Assembly (NCBI GenBank): GCA_964016885.1
Contig: OZ024742.1
Coordinates: forward strand, 253,332,001 to 253,396,000
From: Eledone cirrhosa
Lineage: Eukaryota
DNA: 64,000 nt
Direction: 5' to 3'
Below, piece after piece: positions 16,081 to 27,665 of this stretch. The first letter of the stretch is position 1, and each line of letters starts with the position of its first letter. The notes below the pieces were generated by a model. The model was not told the DNA's origin. It did no database searches and saw nothing but the letters and a program-made list of their open reading frames with translations. The position numbers and the translations under genes were made by a program.

Positions 16081-16144
16081 TCACAACACATGTTTCAATA
16101 AGAGATAGATCGATCGATCAATTATCACTGATCTCATCAGGTGA
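16081..16144 (-). ncRNA. Hammerhead candidate, family C
   Basis: Minus: TCAC-CTGATGA-imperfect stem II-GAAA-CATGTG-TT-GTGA. Confidence 0.6.
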
Positions 16145-16427
16145 AAATGAATTGTCTTCAAATTCTTGATATGAGGGAGAAAATTAGCAATATTCACTCA
16201 CAGAGTGTATTCCCTCATATGAAGATCCAGTAGTCAGAAATACGGTGACTGCTATCAGCTTCAGTTAGGGTCATAAAACTGTCAAATCTCCATAGCTGCA
16301 AAGGACGCAGGAAATTAATCAGATCTGTAGAAATACAGTCGGTCACAGTTAATGTGAGTGGGTACACACACACTCAACACCCATACACACCGGCTCGAGG
16401 TCAAAGAAAACAAAATATATATATTTC

Positions 16428-17102
16428 TGATTTTTGCGTTTCGCTTCGCTTTTCCTGCCCGCCGAAAATGCGATTCTCGCTGAATCTTTATTTGTATTAA
16501 TCTCCCGTGTCTTACAATTAACTTGTTAATAATTTCTATTGACAGGTTAATTGCATAAGTTTATTTTAAATTACTCGGTTGAGAACTTATTCGCTTTGTG
16601 CTATTTATGCTATTTTTCGCATGATTTACACCAACTGAATTACTTTGCCAAAATCTGGAGTTATTCCCCTTGTGATTTTCACACGTGGTTTAACTTACCA
16701 CCGTGTCATTCACTTATTTGGTACTGAGCGAAATACCTGTTGATAACGTGATATTCCTTGTTCGATCATTATACCCAAAGCTTATATTTTTAAGCAGACT
16801 TTATTTGATTTAGGTGTCACAGAAACTCTACATCGGATTTTAACAGCAATTCCGAGAGTCCAGGTCTGGTTATCACTTATTTTTTATCATTTATTTTGTT
16901 TTGACCTGTTTAGCTTGATTTGGTTTTTGGCTTGGGTGGTTAATGCTTTTTTGACCACCTTTTCAGTTTTGTATGGCTTCTTAACACATTGTTTAGCTCT
17001 GGTTTTTAACTATTGAGCACTTTGCCAGTATCATTTCTAATTTTTGCGTTTCGCTTCGCTTTTCTTGCCCGCCGAAAATGCGATTCTCGCTGAATCTTTA
17101 TT

Positions 17103-17107
<5 letters not shown>
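16428..17107. repeat. ~610-bp unit with ~66-bp terminal direct repeat
   Basis: TTTTTGCGTTTCGCTTCGCTTTTC...GAATCTTTATTTGTAT at ~16431 and ~17041. Confidence 0.8.
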
Positions 17108-17153
<46 letters not shown>

Positions 17154-18050
17154 CAACACAGCATCAAACCTGTAGAACTATAGAAGGTCACAATTAGTGT
17201 GAGTGAGTACACACACACCGAAGCGATGTCATAGAAAAAAAACAACAAATATAAGAATAAGAATATACCAACACAGCATTCACCGAAAGTTCGTTTACAA
17301 AACAACAAATGCTACATTGGTCAAATCTCAATTTGACGATGTAAAGTGGAAATATTGGGTTAACCGCAGCCCCATACACATACACATACACACACAAGCA
17401 AGTAAGTTCAGTTCAGTGTTCTGTTATACATGTATAGATTGAATTGTAACATCCGTATCTTCAAATGTATGTTATGGTATATACACATCCGTATCGTCCG
17501 AAAAAGTGTATGTCAGGTATATACACATCCATGTGAAAAGAAAGCAATCAGCTCATATCGAACTCAGTATGTACCGCTGTCCCATTGAGAGTCTGAATCA
17601 CCAAAACCGTGCGTGCAAGCAAACGCATTGTAGGCCAGTAAGGGGCTCCGTGTAGGGTTGGGTATTTGGGTTAATGTGTCAGTAAGTGCGATTTCCGGTC
17701 AAAAGCGCCCTTGGGCTTTTAAGATAGGTGTTTGAGTGGTGGAGGTATGTTATCCAACACAAAAGGTAAAGTAAATAACAAAGGATAGCAAAACCCAGAG
17801 GATATGTGTAGGCCCATTAATGGTGTGTAAGTATTATTGTTCAATCTGTAACTGTGAGCACTCTATGGTTAGATGATCACGGATCAAAACCTAGTGTAGT
17901 GTTCAATCGGTAGGAACGTGACCAGTCGCAACTGTGGGAACTCAATGTCTAAAGCTGATAGCAGTCACCGTATTTCTGACTACTGGATCTTCTGTGAGTG
18001 AACATTGCTAATTTTCTCCCTCATATCAAGAATTTGAAGACAATTCATTT

Positions 18051-18124
18051 TCATCTGATGAGATCAGTGATAATTGATCATGGCTTTACGATCGATTTAT
18101 CTCTTATTGAAACATGTGTCGTGA
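18051..18124 (+). ncRNA. Hammerhead candidate, family C
   Basis: TCAT-CTGATGA...GAAA-CATGTG-TC-GTGA; inverted copy of the 16081 unit. Confidence 0.6.
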
Positions 18125-18404
18125 TTAAAATGATTGGAATTTTACCTTGCCCTCAGATTTTCATTTTGATATATATATATACATATATATATTATAATTG
18201 AATATAAAAGGAGACTATTTTGAGTTATAACTCAATATATACCTTTGATTGTTGAACTAATTCAATTGTCGAATAAACCTGGCTGCTATTTTTAGTGGTG
18301 TAAGTTTGTGAGATGCGCTAAGTTCAGATATCATGTGCGTTATTATATATACGTACACTGTTCAGTTTTTTAATATACTTAGAAGTGTCTAGGATACTAA
18401 TTCT

Positions 18405-18485
18405 TCACCCACTGATGAGCAAGAATTGGCATTTCTATTCACAATTAATATTGCAAAACAGCATTACTAAAAGCTGTCTGGGTGA
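18405..18485 (+). ncRNA. Type I hammerhead with full stem III, core G12>A (probably inactive)
   Basis: TCACCCA-CTGATGA-GCAA...TTGC-AAAA-CAGC attactaaaa GCTG-TC-TGGGTGA. Confidence 0.72.
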
Positions 18486-18744
18486 TTGCTAGTTACCACA
18501 ATTCCGGTTTGTATTTATTTTCTTGATTTATTCTTAAATTGAGTAAGGCAAACCCTATTGTCTATAGTTAGTATTCTTTTCACCTTAGCGAATCTAGTCC
18601 CTTACGATTTGAACACATATATATATATCTGTGTTCGTTTTTCTTTTATATTCAATTATAATATACGGCTCGGAAAAATGTCTTTCCTAGAGCTATTTTA
18701 TTGTAGGAGACTATTTTGAGTTTCTAACTCAATATATACCTTTG

Positions 18745-18787
<43 letters not shown>

Positions 18788-18969
18788 TTAGAGCAAACAT
18801 CACGGGCGCTCTATCTTAAAATTATTTTGAAAAGCATTAGAAATGCGCAACCGGTAAAAACTTAAAACTAAAACTGAATGCTAACCAATACTTATTACTA
18901 ATTTATACTTATTCCTAAATAAACTATTTTTCACTGGGAAAAATTTGTCAGCATTTTCTTTTCCTTTTA

Positions 18970-19049
<80 letters not shown>

Positions 19050-19291
19050 GGTATCCACTTGCTTATGATATGGCCAATAACGTTGTTAGAATTCCATGCA
19101 GACTTAAAAGATGAATTCAATGAGATCATGCTGTGAGAGCTCTAACTTTTGTGGTAAGCTTTCAGTGCATAATGTTCCATCAAAGATTCTAATTGATTTA
19201 CACAGCCATATATATATAAATATATTTATATGCACACATACACATATATATATGTTTACATACCCATCTCATATATATATATATATGTATG

Positions 19292-19370
<79 letters not shown>

Positions 19371-19559
19371 ATTTAGGTTTGGTGGTTCACCACTGGATAG
19401 AACTGGTTCCGTATGGTTAACCTTGATGTAATATTAGGGAGAGCACTCGACGTAATGCAACTCACCCGTCTTCGTTTGTGTTGTTGGTGGTGCGAGTACG
19501 GAGTTAATTATTATAAAATAACAGGAGCCTGGACTGGTGTAATTCCTTAAAGGTTTATT

Positions 19560-19617
19560 ATACTATAAACATTTCAATGACTGGGTTCAGTATGAATCTA
19601 GTGATATCATCAGGTAT
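19560..19617 (-). ncRNA. Hammerhead candidate
   Basis: Minus: ATAC-CTGATGA-long imperfect stem II-GAAA-tgttta-TA-GTAT. Confidence 0.55.
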
Positions 19618-19737
19618 TCGAAATTTAACAAAGGAACATAATTCATGGGGCTGAAAAGGGAGAGAGACAAGAAGGCGGCCACACATTTAGCAGTTTCTAG
19701 TTCGGTCGGCCGCCTTCAAGTATATAATATATATATA

Positions 19738-20298
19738 TATAACAAATAGAAATTGATTAACATATAAATAAACATGAATAATCACAGGAGATAATTTTTA
19801 CAAGTGTGTAAGCACACACAGCTAGGTAGATAACTAAATAAAGTTAACTAGAACTTCAAAAATAGATACCTTATAATATGATTAATCTTCCCTGCATATA
19901 TTCCATTAAGGAATATATTTCACCAATTAATCGAATGCCGGTACTTGGATTTTCAACAAGGAAGAAGTCCAGCGGTCTATGTTTACGCATTAAGTTCAAA
20001 TCAGCGCCTGGCCAGTTACACATGACACACATCATACCAGCTTCGTCCCAATGGCGTGAATAGGGTTATCGACAAGTAGAAACAGCAGTCAAGTACCGGC
20101 ATTCGATTAATTGGTGAAATATATTCCTTAATGGAATATATACAGGGAAGATTAATCATATTATAAGGTATCTATTTTTGAAGTTCTAGTTAACTTTATT
20201 TAGTTACCTACCTAGATGTGTGTGCTTACACACTTGTAAAAATTATCTCCTGTGATTATTCATGTTTATTTATATGTTAATCAATTTCTAGTTGTTAT
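19738..20298. repeat. Inverted repeat, ~210-bp arms, ~140-bp spacer
   Basis: 19738-19948 is the reverse complement of 20090-20298. Confidence 0.9.
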
Positions 20299-20536
20299 AA
20301 AATGCTCGGACCTATTCATTAGAATCTTAGAGCTTATTTTGCGGGTGATATGGCGCATGCCTTTCTGGCATGACACCCATAATTTTGATTTAGATTAAAT
20401 TCATTTTGATTTATCTTAATTTTGGATAGATATATAGATATATATATATATTATATATATATATTATATATATATATATATAATATATATTATATATAAT
20501 ATATATAGTTATGTAATAAACAACATAAGATAATTA

Positions 20537-20595
20537 TTTCATTTACCAGTGGTTTCTTGAAACAAACAAATTTGATTTCAGTCATCAGAATGAAA
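20537..20595 (-). ncRNA. Hammerhead, family F
   Basis: Reverse complement of the 29892 motif with a stem II variant. Confidence 0.75.
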
Positions 20596-20729
20596 AAATC
20601 CTGGTGGATTTGAAAAACAAAAATATAATATATATGAAAGTGAGGCTGGAGGAAGAAGAGGGAAAGGAGAAAAAGAATAATAAATAAAAAAGTAGATAAA
20701 CACACACGCACACACACACATATATATAT

Positions 20730-20765
<36 letters not shown>

Positions 20766-20789
20766 CCATACATACACATAAATACACAA

Positions 20790-20858
<69 letters not shown>

Positions 20859-21301
20859 TAAAAGGAAAAGAAAATGCTGACAAATTGTTCCCAGTGAAAA
20901 ATAGTTTAATTAAGAATAAGTAAAAATCAGTAATAGTATTGGTTAGTATTCAGTTTTGGTTTTAAGTTTTACCGGTTGCGCATTTCTAATGCTTTTCAAA
21001 AATAATTTTGAGATAGAGCGCCCGTGATGTTTGCTCTAATCTGATTAGTTTTGGAAATTCTACCTGTTTTATGTAAAAAAAGTGGCTCCAGATGTATGAA
21101 AAAATTCTTGTGGTCAAAACAATTTTGATTGGTCGGTAGAGGTCATGTGAATGTTAGAAATTGATATATATACATATATATATACATATATATATATATG
21201 TAGGAGGTGAGTTTTATTGTAGAACAATAAAGCAATGCAGATATGTTGATCTAAAACTGAACTATTCACAAGTGTTTTTTAACCTTCATATCATGTCTTC
21301 C

Positions 21302-21372
21302 TATTTTATCTGATGAAAACACAAATATTATTGCATGATGATATTTGTTTTTGAAATGCGCATAATAAAATA
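21302..21372 (+). ncRNA. Hammerhead, family B
   Basis: TATTTTAT-CTGATGA...GAAA-TGCGCA-TA-ATAAAATA. Confidence 0.85.
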
Positions 21373-21400
21373 CATGGAACTCTTTTAACCATCTTTTGAT

Positions 21401-21482
<82 letters not shown>

Positions 21483-21639
21483 CATACACACACTTACATA
21501 CACACATATACACACATACATACGCACACACACATAATTATAAGAATAAATAAAAATCAATGAACAACCAAATACTGAATTAGGCCGTCACATACAAATG
21601 AAAAAATAAAAAATAATAATTAAGAAAATAGAATTATTA

Positions 21640-22340
21640 TTAAATGTAAGTATGTATACGTACATACATATATGTATACAGACGTACAGTAGTATGTATA
21701 TATATACATACATGCACACATATATATATGCACGTATCGGTTTACCGAACATTTATTATAATGCTCGGTTTGTATGTTTATAAACAAACAAACATCCCGA
21801 ATTACGCCGTACAGTGTTTAGGCAACCACGTCACCTTTTTGTTCAACACTGACACAGGAACGATGTACTAGTTTCAAGCATATTAGCTATCGTCAGCATC
21901 GTATATCTTCCTGCCAGATGGTTGAACGCCTGAAAGTATATACTTTCCTTATGCATATTAACGGCTGAGCAGCCTAATTTGCATATCAAGTGAGTTCCTG
22001 TACATCGTTCCTGTGTCAGTGTTGAACAAAAAGGTGACGTGGTTGCCTAAACACGGTACGGCGTAATTCGGGCTGTTTGTTTGTTTACAAACAAACAAAC
22101 CGAGCATTATAATAAATGTTCGGTAAACCGATACGTGCATATATATATGTGTGCATGTATGTATATATATATACATACTACTATACGTCTGTATACATAT
22201 ATGTATGTACGTATACATACATACTTACTTACATTTAAGTAAGTGCTGTACTAAGAGTGAGAAATGAAATTTCGTTTCATTCTATTCTATTTATCGTTTT
22301 CGGTGTGCCCGGCCGACTGAACTCACTCGATATGCAAATT
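21640..22340. mobile_element. Non-coding HHR repeat unit (family N) with inverted partial copy
   Basis: Homologous to 37065-38190; 22000-22240 inverts 21640-21868. Confidence 0.8.
21860..21902 (-). ncRNA. Minimal hammerhead, family N
   Basis: Minus: ACGATG-CTGACGA-tAGCtaatatGCTt-GAAA-CTAG-TA-CATCGT; palindrome ACTAGT. Confidence 0.82.
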
Positions 22341-22511
22341 TACTTGCAAACCGCCAGAGATTCGATTTTACTGATTTCCAATTATATATATATTTATGTA
22401 GTTATATATATATGTATGTATATTTATATATTATATATATGTGTGTGTGTATATATGTGTGTGTATATATATATGTGTGTGTGTGTATATGTGTGTGTAT
22501 ATATATATATA

Positions 22512-22546
<35 letters not shown>

Positions 22547-22655
22547 GTATGTGCGTGCGTATGTATGTGTACGTACTTATGCTTATGTGTGTATGTATGT
22601 GTATCTTTATATATAGGTTTTTTTTATATATAGGTTTTTTATGAGTAAAATTGTT

Positions 22656-22689
<34 letters not shown>

Positions 22690-22717
22690 ATCAAAAGATG
22701 GTTAAAAGAGTTCCAAG

Positions 22718-22788
22718 TATTTTATTATGCGCATTTCAAAAACAAACATCGTCATGGGATGATATCTGCGTTTTCATCAGATAAAATA
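22718..22788 (-). ncRNA. Hammerhead, family B (within PLE-B 3' fragment 22687-23280)
   Basis: Core and ATGCGCAT intact; stem II diverged. Confidence 0.75.
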
Positions 22789-23604
22789 GGGATACTTGAT
22801 ATGAAGCTTAAAAACACTTGTGAATAGTGAAGTTTTAAATCAACATATGAAAAATAATTTAACATTGATGTATGAGATTGGGAAAAAGTGAGGGGAGGGG
22901 GGTTGGAAAAGGTAAGGAAGAGGAGGAGATGAGAGTAAAGAATGGTGGGGGAGGAGTATAAGAAGGAAGGATGAGAGGGGAGGAGAGATGGGTGATAGAG
23001 AGAGAGAGATAGCCTTTACAACTGAGAAAAAAATATATATTGTCTCACAGAGAGAAGTTAAAAAGCCGTTGGAAGATAATAGATAATTTTAAAGTATTTG
23101 AAATTAAAAGTTAATGATGTTTATGCATGAAGAGAAAAAGGGATTTTTGCATTGCTTTATTGTGCTACAATATTATTGTGAAAAAGGGATATTTGCATTC
23201 CTTTATTGTGCTACAATATTATTGTGAAAAAGGGATATTTGCATTGCTTTATTGTGCTACAATAAAACTCACCTCCTACTTTATATATACATATATATAT
23301 ATGGGTGTGTGTGTGTGGTTGTATGTATATTTTTCCTCATGCATATGTGTACGTGAATGTATTTATATGTTTCTATGTATATTCACCTACATTTATATAT
23401 ATGTTCCTATTCGTGTGATTGTGAGTATATGCATGCATATCAATGCGTATGAATATGGTTTATATATGTGTGTATATATGTGTATGTATGTTTTTTATAT
23501 ATATATATATATATGTGTGTGTATATGTATATGTATATATGTATGTGTGTATATGTACATATATATATATATATAGTTATGTAATAAACACCATAAGAAT
23601 ATTA

Positions 23605-23664
23605 TGTCATTTACCAGTGGTTTCTTGAAAGCAACCAAAATTGCTTCCATTCATCAGAATGAAA
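23605..23664 (-). ncRNA. Hammerhead, family F
   Basis: CTGATGA...GAAACCACTGGTA on minus strand. Confidence 0.75.
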
Positions 23665-23931
23665 GAATCCTGGTGTCTTTATTGACAGTGGATTTGAAAA
23701 AAAAATATAATAGATATGAAAGTGAGGTGGAGGAAAAACGGGGGGGGGGAGAATAATAAATAAGATTATATAACAACACACACGTACACACACACACACG
23801 CACACACACTCACATATACACACATATACATATATATATATACATACACGCATATATACACATATATATGCACAGACACTTATACACACACATACATGTA
23901 TATATATATATATCCATACATAAATACACCA

Positions 23932-23980
<49 letters not shown>

Positions 23981-24102
23981 CATGCACACACATACATTTA
24001 TTGTAGCACAATAAAGCAATGCAAATATCGGATAAATAACACTCTACAGTTTGTAGGACTGGAGTATAAATAATAGATCAAAAGATGGTTAAAAGTTCCA
24101 AG

Positions 24103-24173
24103 TATTTTATTATGCGCATTTCAAAAACAAATATCATCATGGGATGATATCTGCGTTCTAATCAGATAAAATA
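24103..24173 (-). ncRNA. Hammerhead, family B, mutated core (CTGATTA)
   Basis: Homology to 5896; core substitution. Confidence 0.6.
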
Positions 24174-24553
24174 GGGAGACATGATATGAAGCTTAAAAAA
24201 CACTTGTGAGCAGTGAAGTTTTAAATAAACATATGAAAAATAAATAAGGATACATATGCACACACACAAATAAGAAAAGAAAAAATATAAATATATATAA
24301 ATATGTATAAAAGTAATATATATGAGTAATATATATGATGAAACAGATACCAACATATCTGTATTTATATTGCAAAAGAAAGTTAGCCAGACTGAAGAAT
24401 ATTAATTATTTTACCACAGTTCGTCCACATCGATTTAAAATAATAATAATAATAAATCGACAAAAACTAGCTGTGCTGCCAAATGGCTATGATGTTTATA
24501 CATATTTAAATTTCAAAGTCAAACCTGTTCAGTAGATAAGTTTAAACCTCAAA

Positions 24554-24624
24554 ATCCAAACATGTTTCGAGATGGATAAGTGTATAAGTGTAGGAATATC
24601 TTGCCACTGCTCTCCTCAGTAAAC
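24554..24624 (-). ncRNA. Hammerhead candidate
   Basis: Minus: GTTTA-CTGAGGA-GAG...CTC-GAAA-CATG-TT-TGGAT; palindrome AACATGTT; stem I is wobble-rich. Confidence 0.55.
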
Positions 24625-24774
24625 ATCCAGAGACAATTGATAAGCTTCACTTCTAAATAATTTAAAAGACTGTGTGACGCACATGGGTTCACAGATTCAG
24701 GCTAGTCTCATAACCGTACTGCTAGAAATAACAGTCGTATATATGAGGCGAACTTTAGCTCGACGAAGAGCCGT

Positions 24775-24962
24775 TATATTAAGTGTAAGGAATTCTTTTA
24801 CAATGGAAATAGCTCGAAAGGAAATATTCCTGAGCCGTGTATAAAAGTAATATATATGTTTCATCATATATATTACTCATATATATTACTTTTATACACG
24901 GCTCAGGAATATTTCCTTTCGAGCTAATTCCATTGTAAAAGAATTCCTTACACTTAATATAA
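24775..24962. repeat. Fold-back palindrome, ~85-bp arms
   Basis: AAGTGTAAGGAATTC...GTAATATATATG mirrored. Confidence 0.88.
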
Positions 24963-25440
24963 ATATGTATATATATATATAAACAATAAAAATGAAAATT
25001 GAAACAATGAAAAATCCCCCAATAAGGGGGAAACCTCGGAGGGTTACTCGTGGCGAAAACCACACAAAAGACCACGGCCACCCTGACCACACATATTTTG
25101 CTTACAGTGCGGTAAGTCACCGTCCGTAGCAGCTGGTCCTTGAAAAAATCGGGTGGAGGTTTCAGGGAGACTCTTTTGGCGCTTCTTGTCACCATGGCCC
25201 TTGCGACTGCCATCTCCTCCTCTGTGACTAACACTGTCTCGATATTTCGGGCGACACCTGCAAAAGAAATGGTCCCTTTTTCAGCGGCACCACTATTGCT
25301 GCCGCTACTGATCTTACTGGTGGTGCTGAGATCGCTGTTACATGTATCGATGTTATTGTTGATGTTTTCGTTGGTACAGTTGTTGGTGTTGTTGTTACTG
25401 GAGGCGGGAGTGAAGTGGCAAACGGTCTGCCACAAAAAAC
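24955..25440 (-). mobile_element. Putative Tx1/L1 ORF1 5' fragment joined to Tx1 3' UTR
   Basis: 24955-25093 is the reverse complement of ~26495-26615; upstream peptide has a low-complexity N-terminus and SFAGVA motif. Confidence 0.5.
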
Positions 25441-25569
25441 AAAAACAAAAAACAAAAAAACCCTTAGATTCACGCTCCAAAAGCGAAGGCACACAAAGAG
25501 GAGTAAAGGCATCAAGGAAACTTGCAGCAACACCACCACCATCACCATCACCAACAACAACCACACCAC

Positions 25570-26763
25570 CACTGCTGTCAACACCCGTTGCGTGAAGGAC
25601 TGAGCATGCCATGGCTGATGATGCGCAAACATGCGCTGAGGCTGCGACATCTCTGGTGCTTCCTTGATGGTGAACAGGTGTGGTCGCCGTTCGCAAGGCA
25701 CGTTTTCCCACAGCTCGTCTCCTTGACGGAGCTGCAGTCCTGGGTCAGAAAAAGACCGAGGGATAGCGCTTGGAAACTGGAACGTCTCCAGGCGCTCACT
25801 GCCCTCTGCCAGTTGGGCACCAGTATCGGTGGAACATCCACCTCGGCCTTCTATAGAGGACTAGTGGAGGGGAAGAGCGACGACATTCTCGGAGAGATCC
25901 TGGGCGTCGAAGAAGATCAGCTGTTTGCTCTCTTCCGGAGAACTTTCAGCCCGGGGCCTATGGATAACTTCCAAAAATCCCTGCCCTGGCAGTGCTACCG
26001 GGGAGTGCTGCCAGTTCGAGATAAGCTCTACAGGCACGGAAGTGTCGTCAGCCGAGCCTGTCCGAGATGCGCGCAGAGCGACGAAACCGTCGTGCACGCT
26101 CACGTTCAGTTCCCGAGCATTGCTGACCCGTGGAGCTATGTCGAACAGTTGTTGTCGCGTGTGGGACTGATCCGGTTGTCGACTGAGTCCATTGTGCATT
26201 GACGAGGAGGAAGGGCAGGCGGTTTTCATCTGCCTGGTGGCCATGGCGAAAGAGATTGTGTGGTGGACAAGGTTAAAAGGGTTAAAGACAGAGACTTTCC
26301 TCTTCGGTGAATCCCTGATTAACTTTTTCAAGTTTCACTTGAAGAGGACAATCAGGGTGGAGAGGCAAGTGCTGCCTTCTAGCAAGTTTGTTGAAAGGTG
26401 GGTGAATGTAGCGAGAATGGTCCGAGTGACTATACACTCTGAATATACGTCTGTAGTTTGAGAGATGGAAAAATTGAGAGAGGGCGCTTGCCCTGGTGGT
26501 CTGGGTGGCCGTGGTCTTTTGTGTGGTTTTCGCCACGAGTAACCCTCCGAGGTTTCCCCTCTATTGGGGAATTTTTCATTGTTTCAATTTTCATTTTTAT
26601 TGTTTATATATATATATGTTTCTATGTCCTTTTTTTCTTTTCTTATTTAAATAATAAAAATATTTTCACGCACAAACCCACATCGTACCGTCCTGTGCCG
26701 TCTGTAATGTTTTTCTTTATGTCAGCCGTTGTGGCCAATAAAGAAATCATTATTATTATTATT
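25570..26763 (+). mobile_element. 5'-truncated Tx1/L1-clade LINE (zf-RVT region + 3' UTR, (ATT)n tail)
   Basis: WQCYRGVLPVRDKL...CPRCAQSDETVVHA; AATAAA then (ATT)n. Confidence 0.8.
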
Positions 26764-26769
26764 AGTGGT

Positions 26770-27665
26770 GGGCAAGTGCGATGACGCACTCGGAGAAGCT
26801 TTGGGCCTCGACGAAGTCGAACTGACCAGTCTGTACCGGAGGACTTTTGAGCCGGGGACGATGGACAATTTCCAGAAATCCCTCGCTTGGCAGTGCTACC
26901 GGGGGGCACTGCCGGTTCGGGATAAACTCTACAGGCACGGAAGTGCTGTCAGACGAAACTGCCCAAGATGCGCACAGAACGACGAAACCGTTCTTCACGC
27001 ACTTGTCCAATGTCCGTGCATTACTGACTTGTGGAGTTATGTCGAACAGCTACTGTCGCGTATGGAACGAATCCGGCTATCGGCCGAGTCCATAGTGAAG
27101 ATCGACCCACCGCCTTCCTTAAGTCAGGAAGAGCAGGAAATTTTCCTGTCTGGTGGCAGTTGTGAAAGAGGTTATATGGTGGACCAGGTTAAAAGGACTG
27201 AAGACAGACACTTTTCTCTTCGGCCAATCCCTCATCAACTTCTTCAAGTTTCATCTGGAAAGAAAGGTGAGGGTGGAGAGAGAAGTGCTGCCCCCAGTAC
27301 ATTTGCTAAAAGGTGGGTGAATGTGGCGAGAATGGCTCGTTGAATGGGCCTACTCTGACCATGCGCCTATAGGCTAGCTAACTTGAGGAGAGGGGTGCTC
27401 TCCCTGGGTGCACTAGAAGCGCAGGGTGGTTCAGGATTGGTAGGGTACCCGAGTCACCCCAGCGTCGTCCACCCCCTATCGGGGAATTTATTTTGTTATA
27501 TTTATGCATAGTTTATTTTATATTTTTATATTTTCATTGTTAAATTAGTCTTGCCATTGTGCACTTTTACTCGACCTTATAGTAAGCCCCACTGTCCCTG
27601 TCTTTGTATTGTCCTCTACATGTCGGCCCTTGTGGCTAATAAATGAAATCATTATTATTATTATT
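26770..27665 (+). mobile_element. Second Tx1/L1-clade 3' fragment (related subfamily)
   Basis: WQCYRGALPVRDKL...CPRCAQNDETVLHALVQC; AATAAA + (ATT)n. Confidence 0.82.

Larger units (their letters stand above)
18788..21042. repeat. Inverted pair of a ~185-bp repeat (18788-18972 / 20856-21042)
   Basis: Reverse-complement match GATTAGAGCAAACATCACGGGCGCTCTATC...CTTTTCCTTTTAC. Confidence 0.8.
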
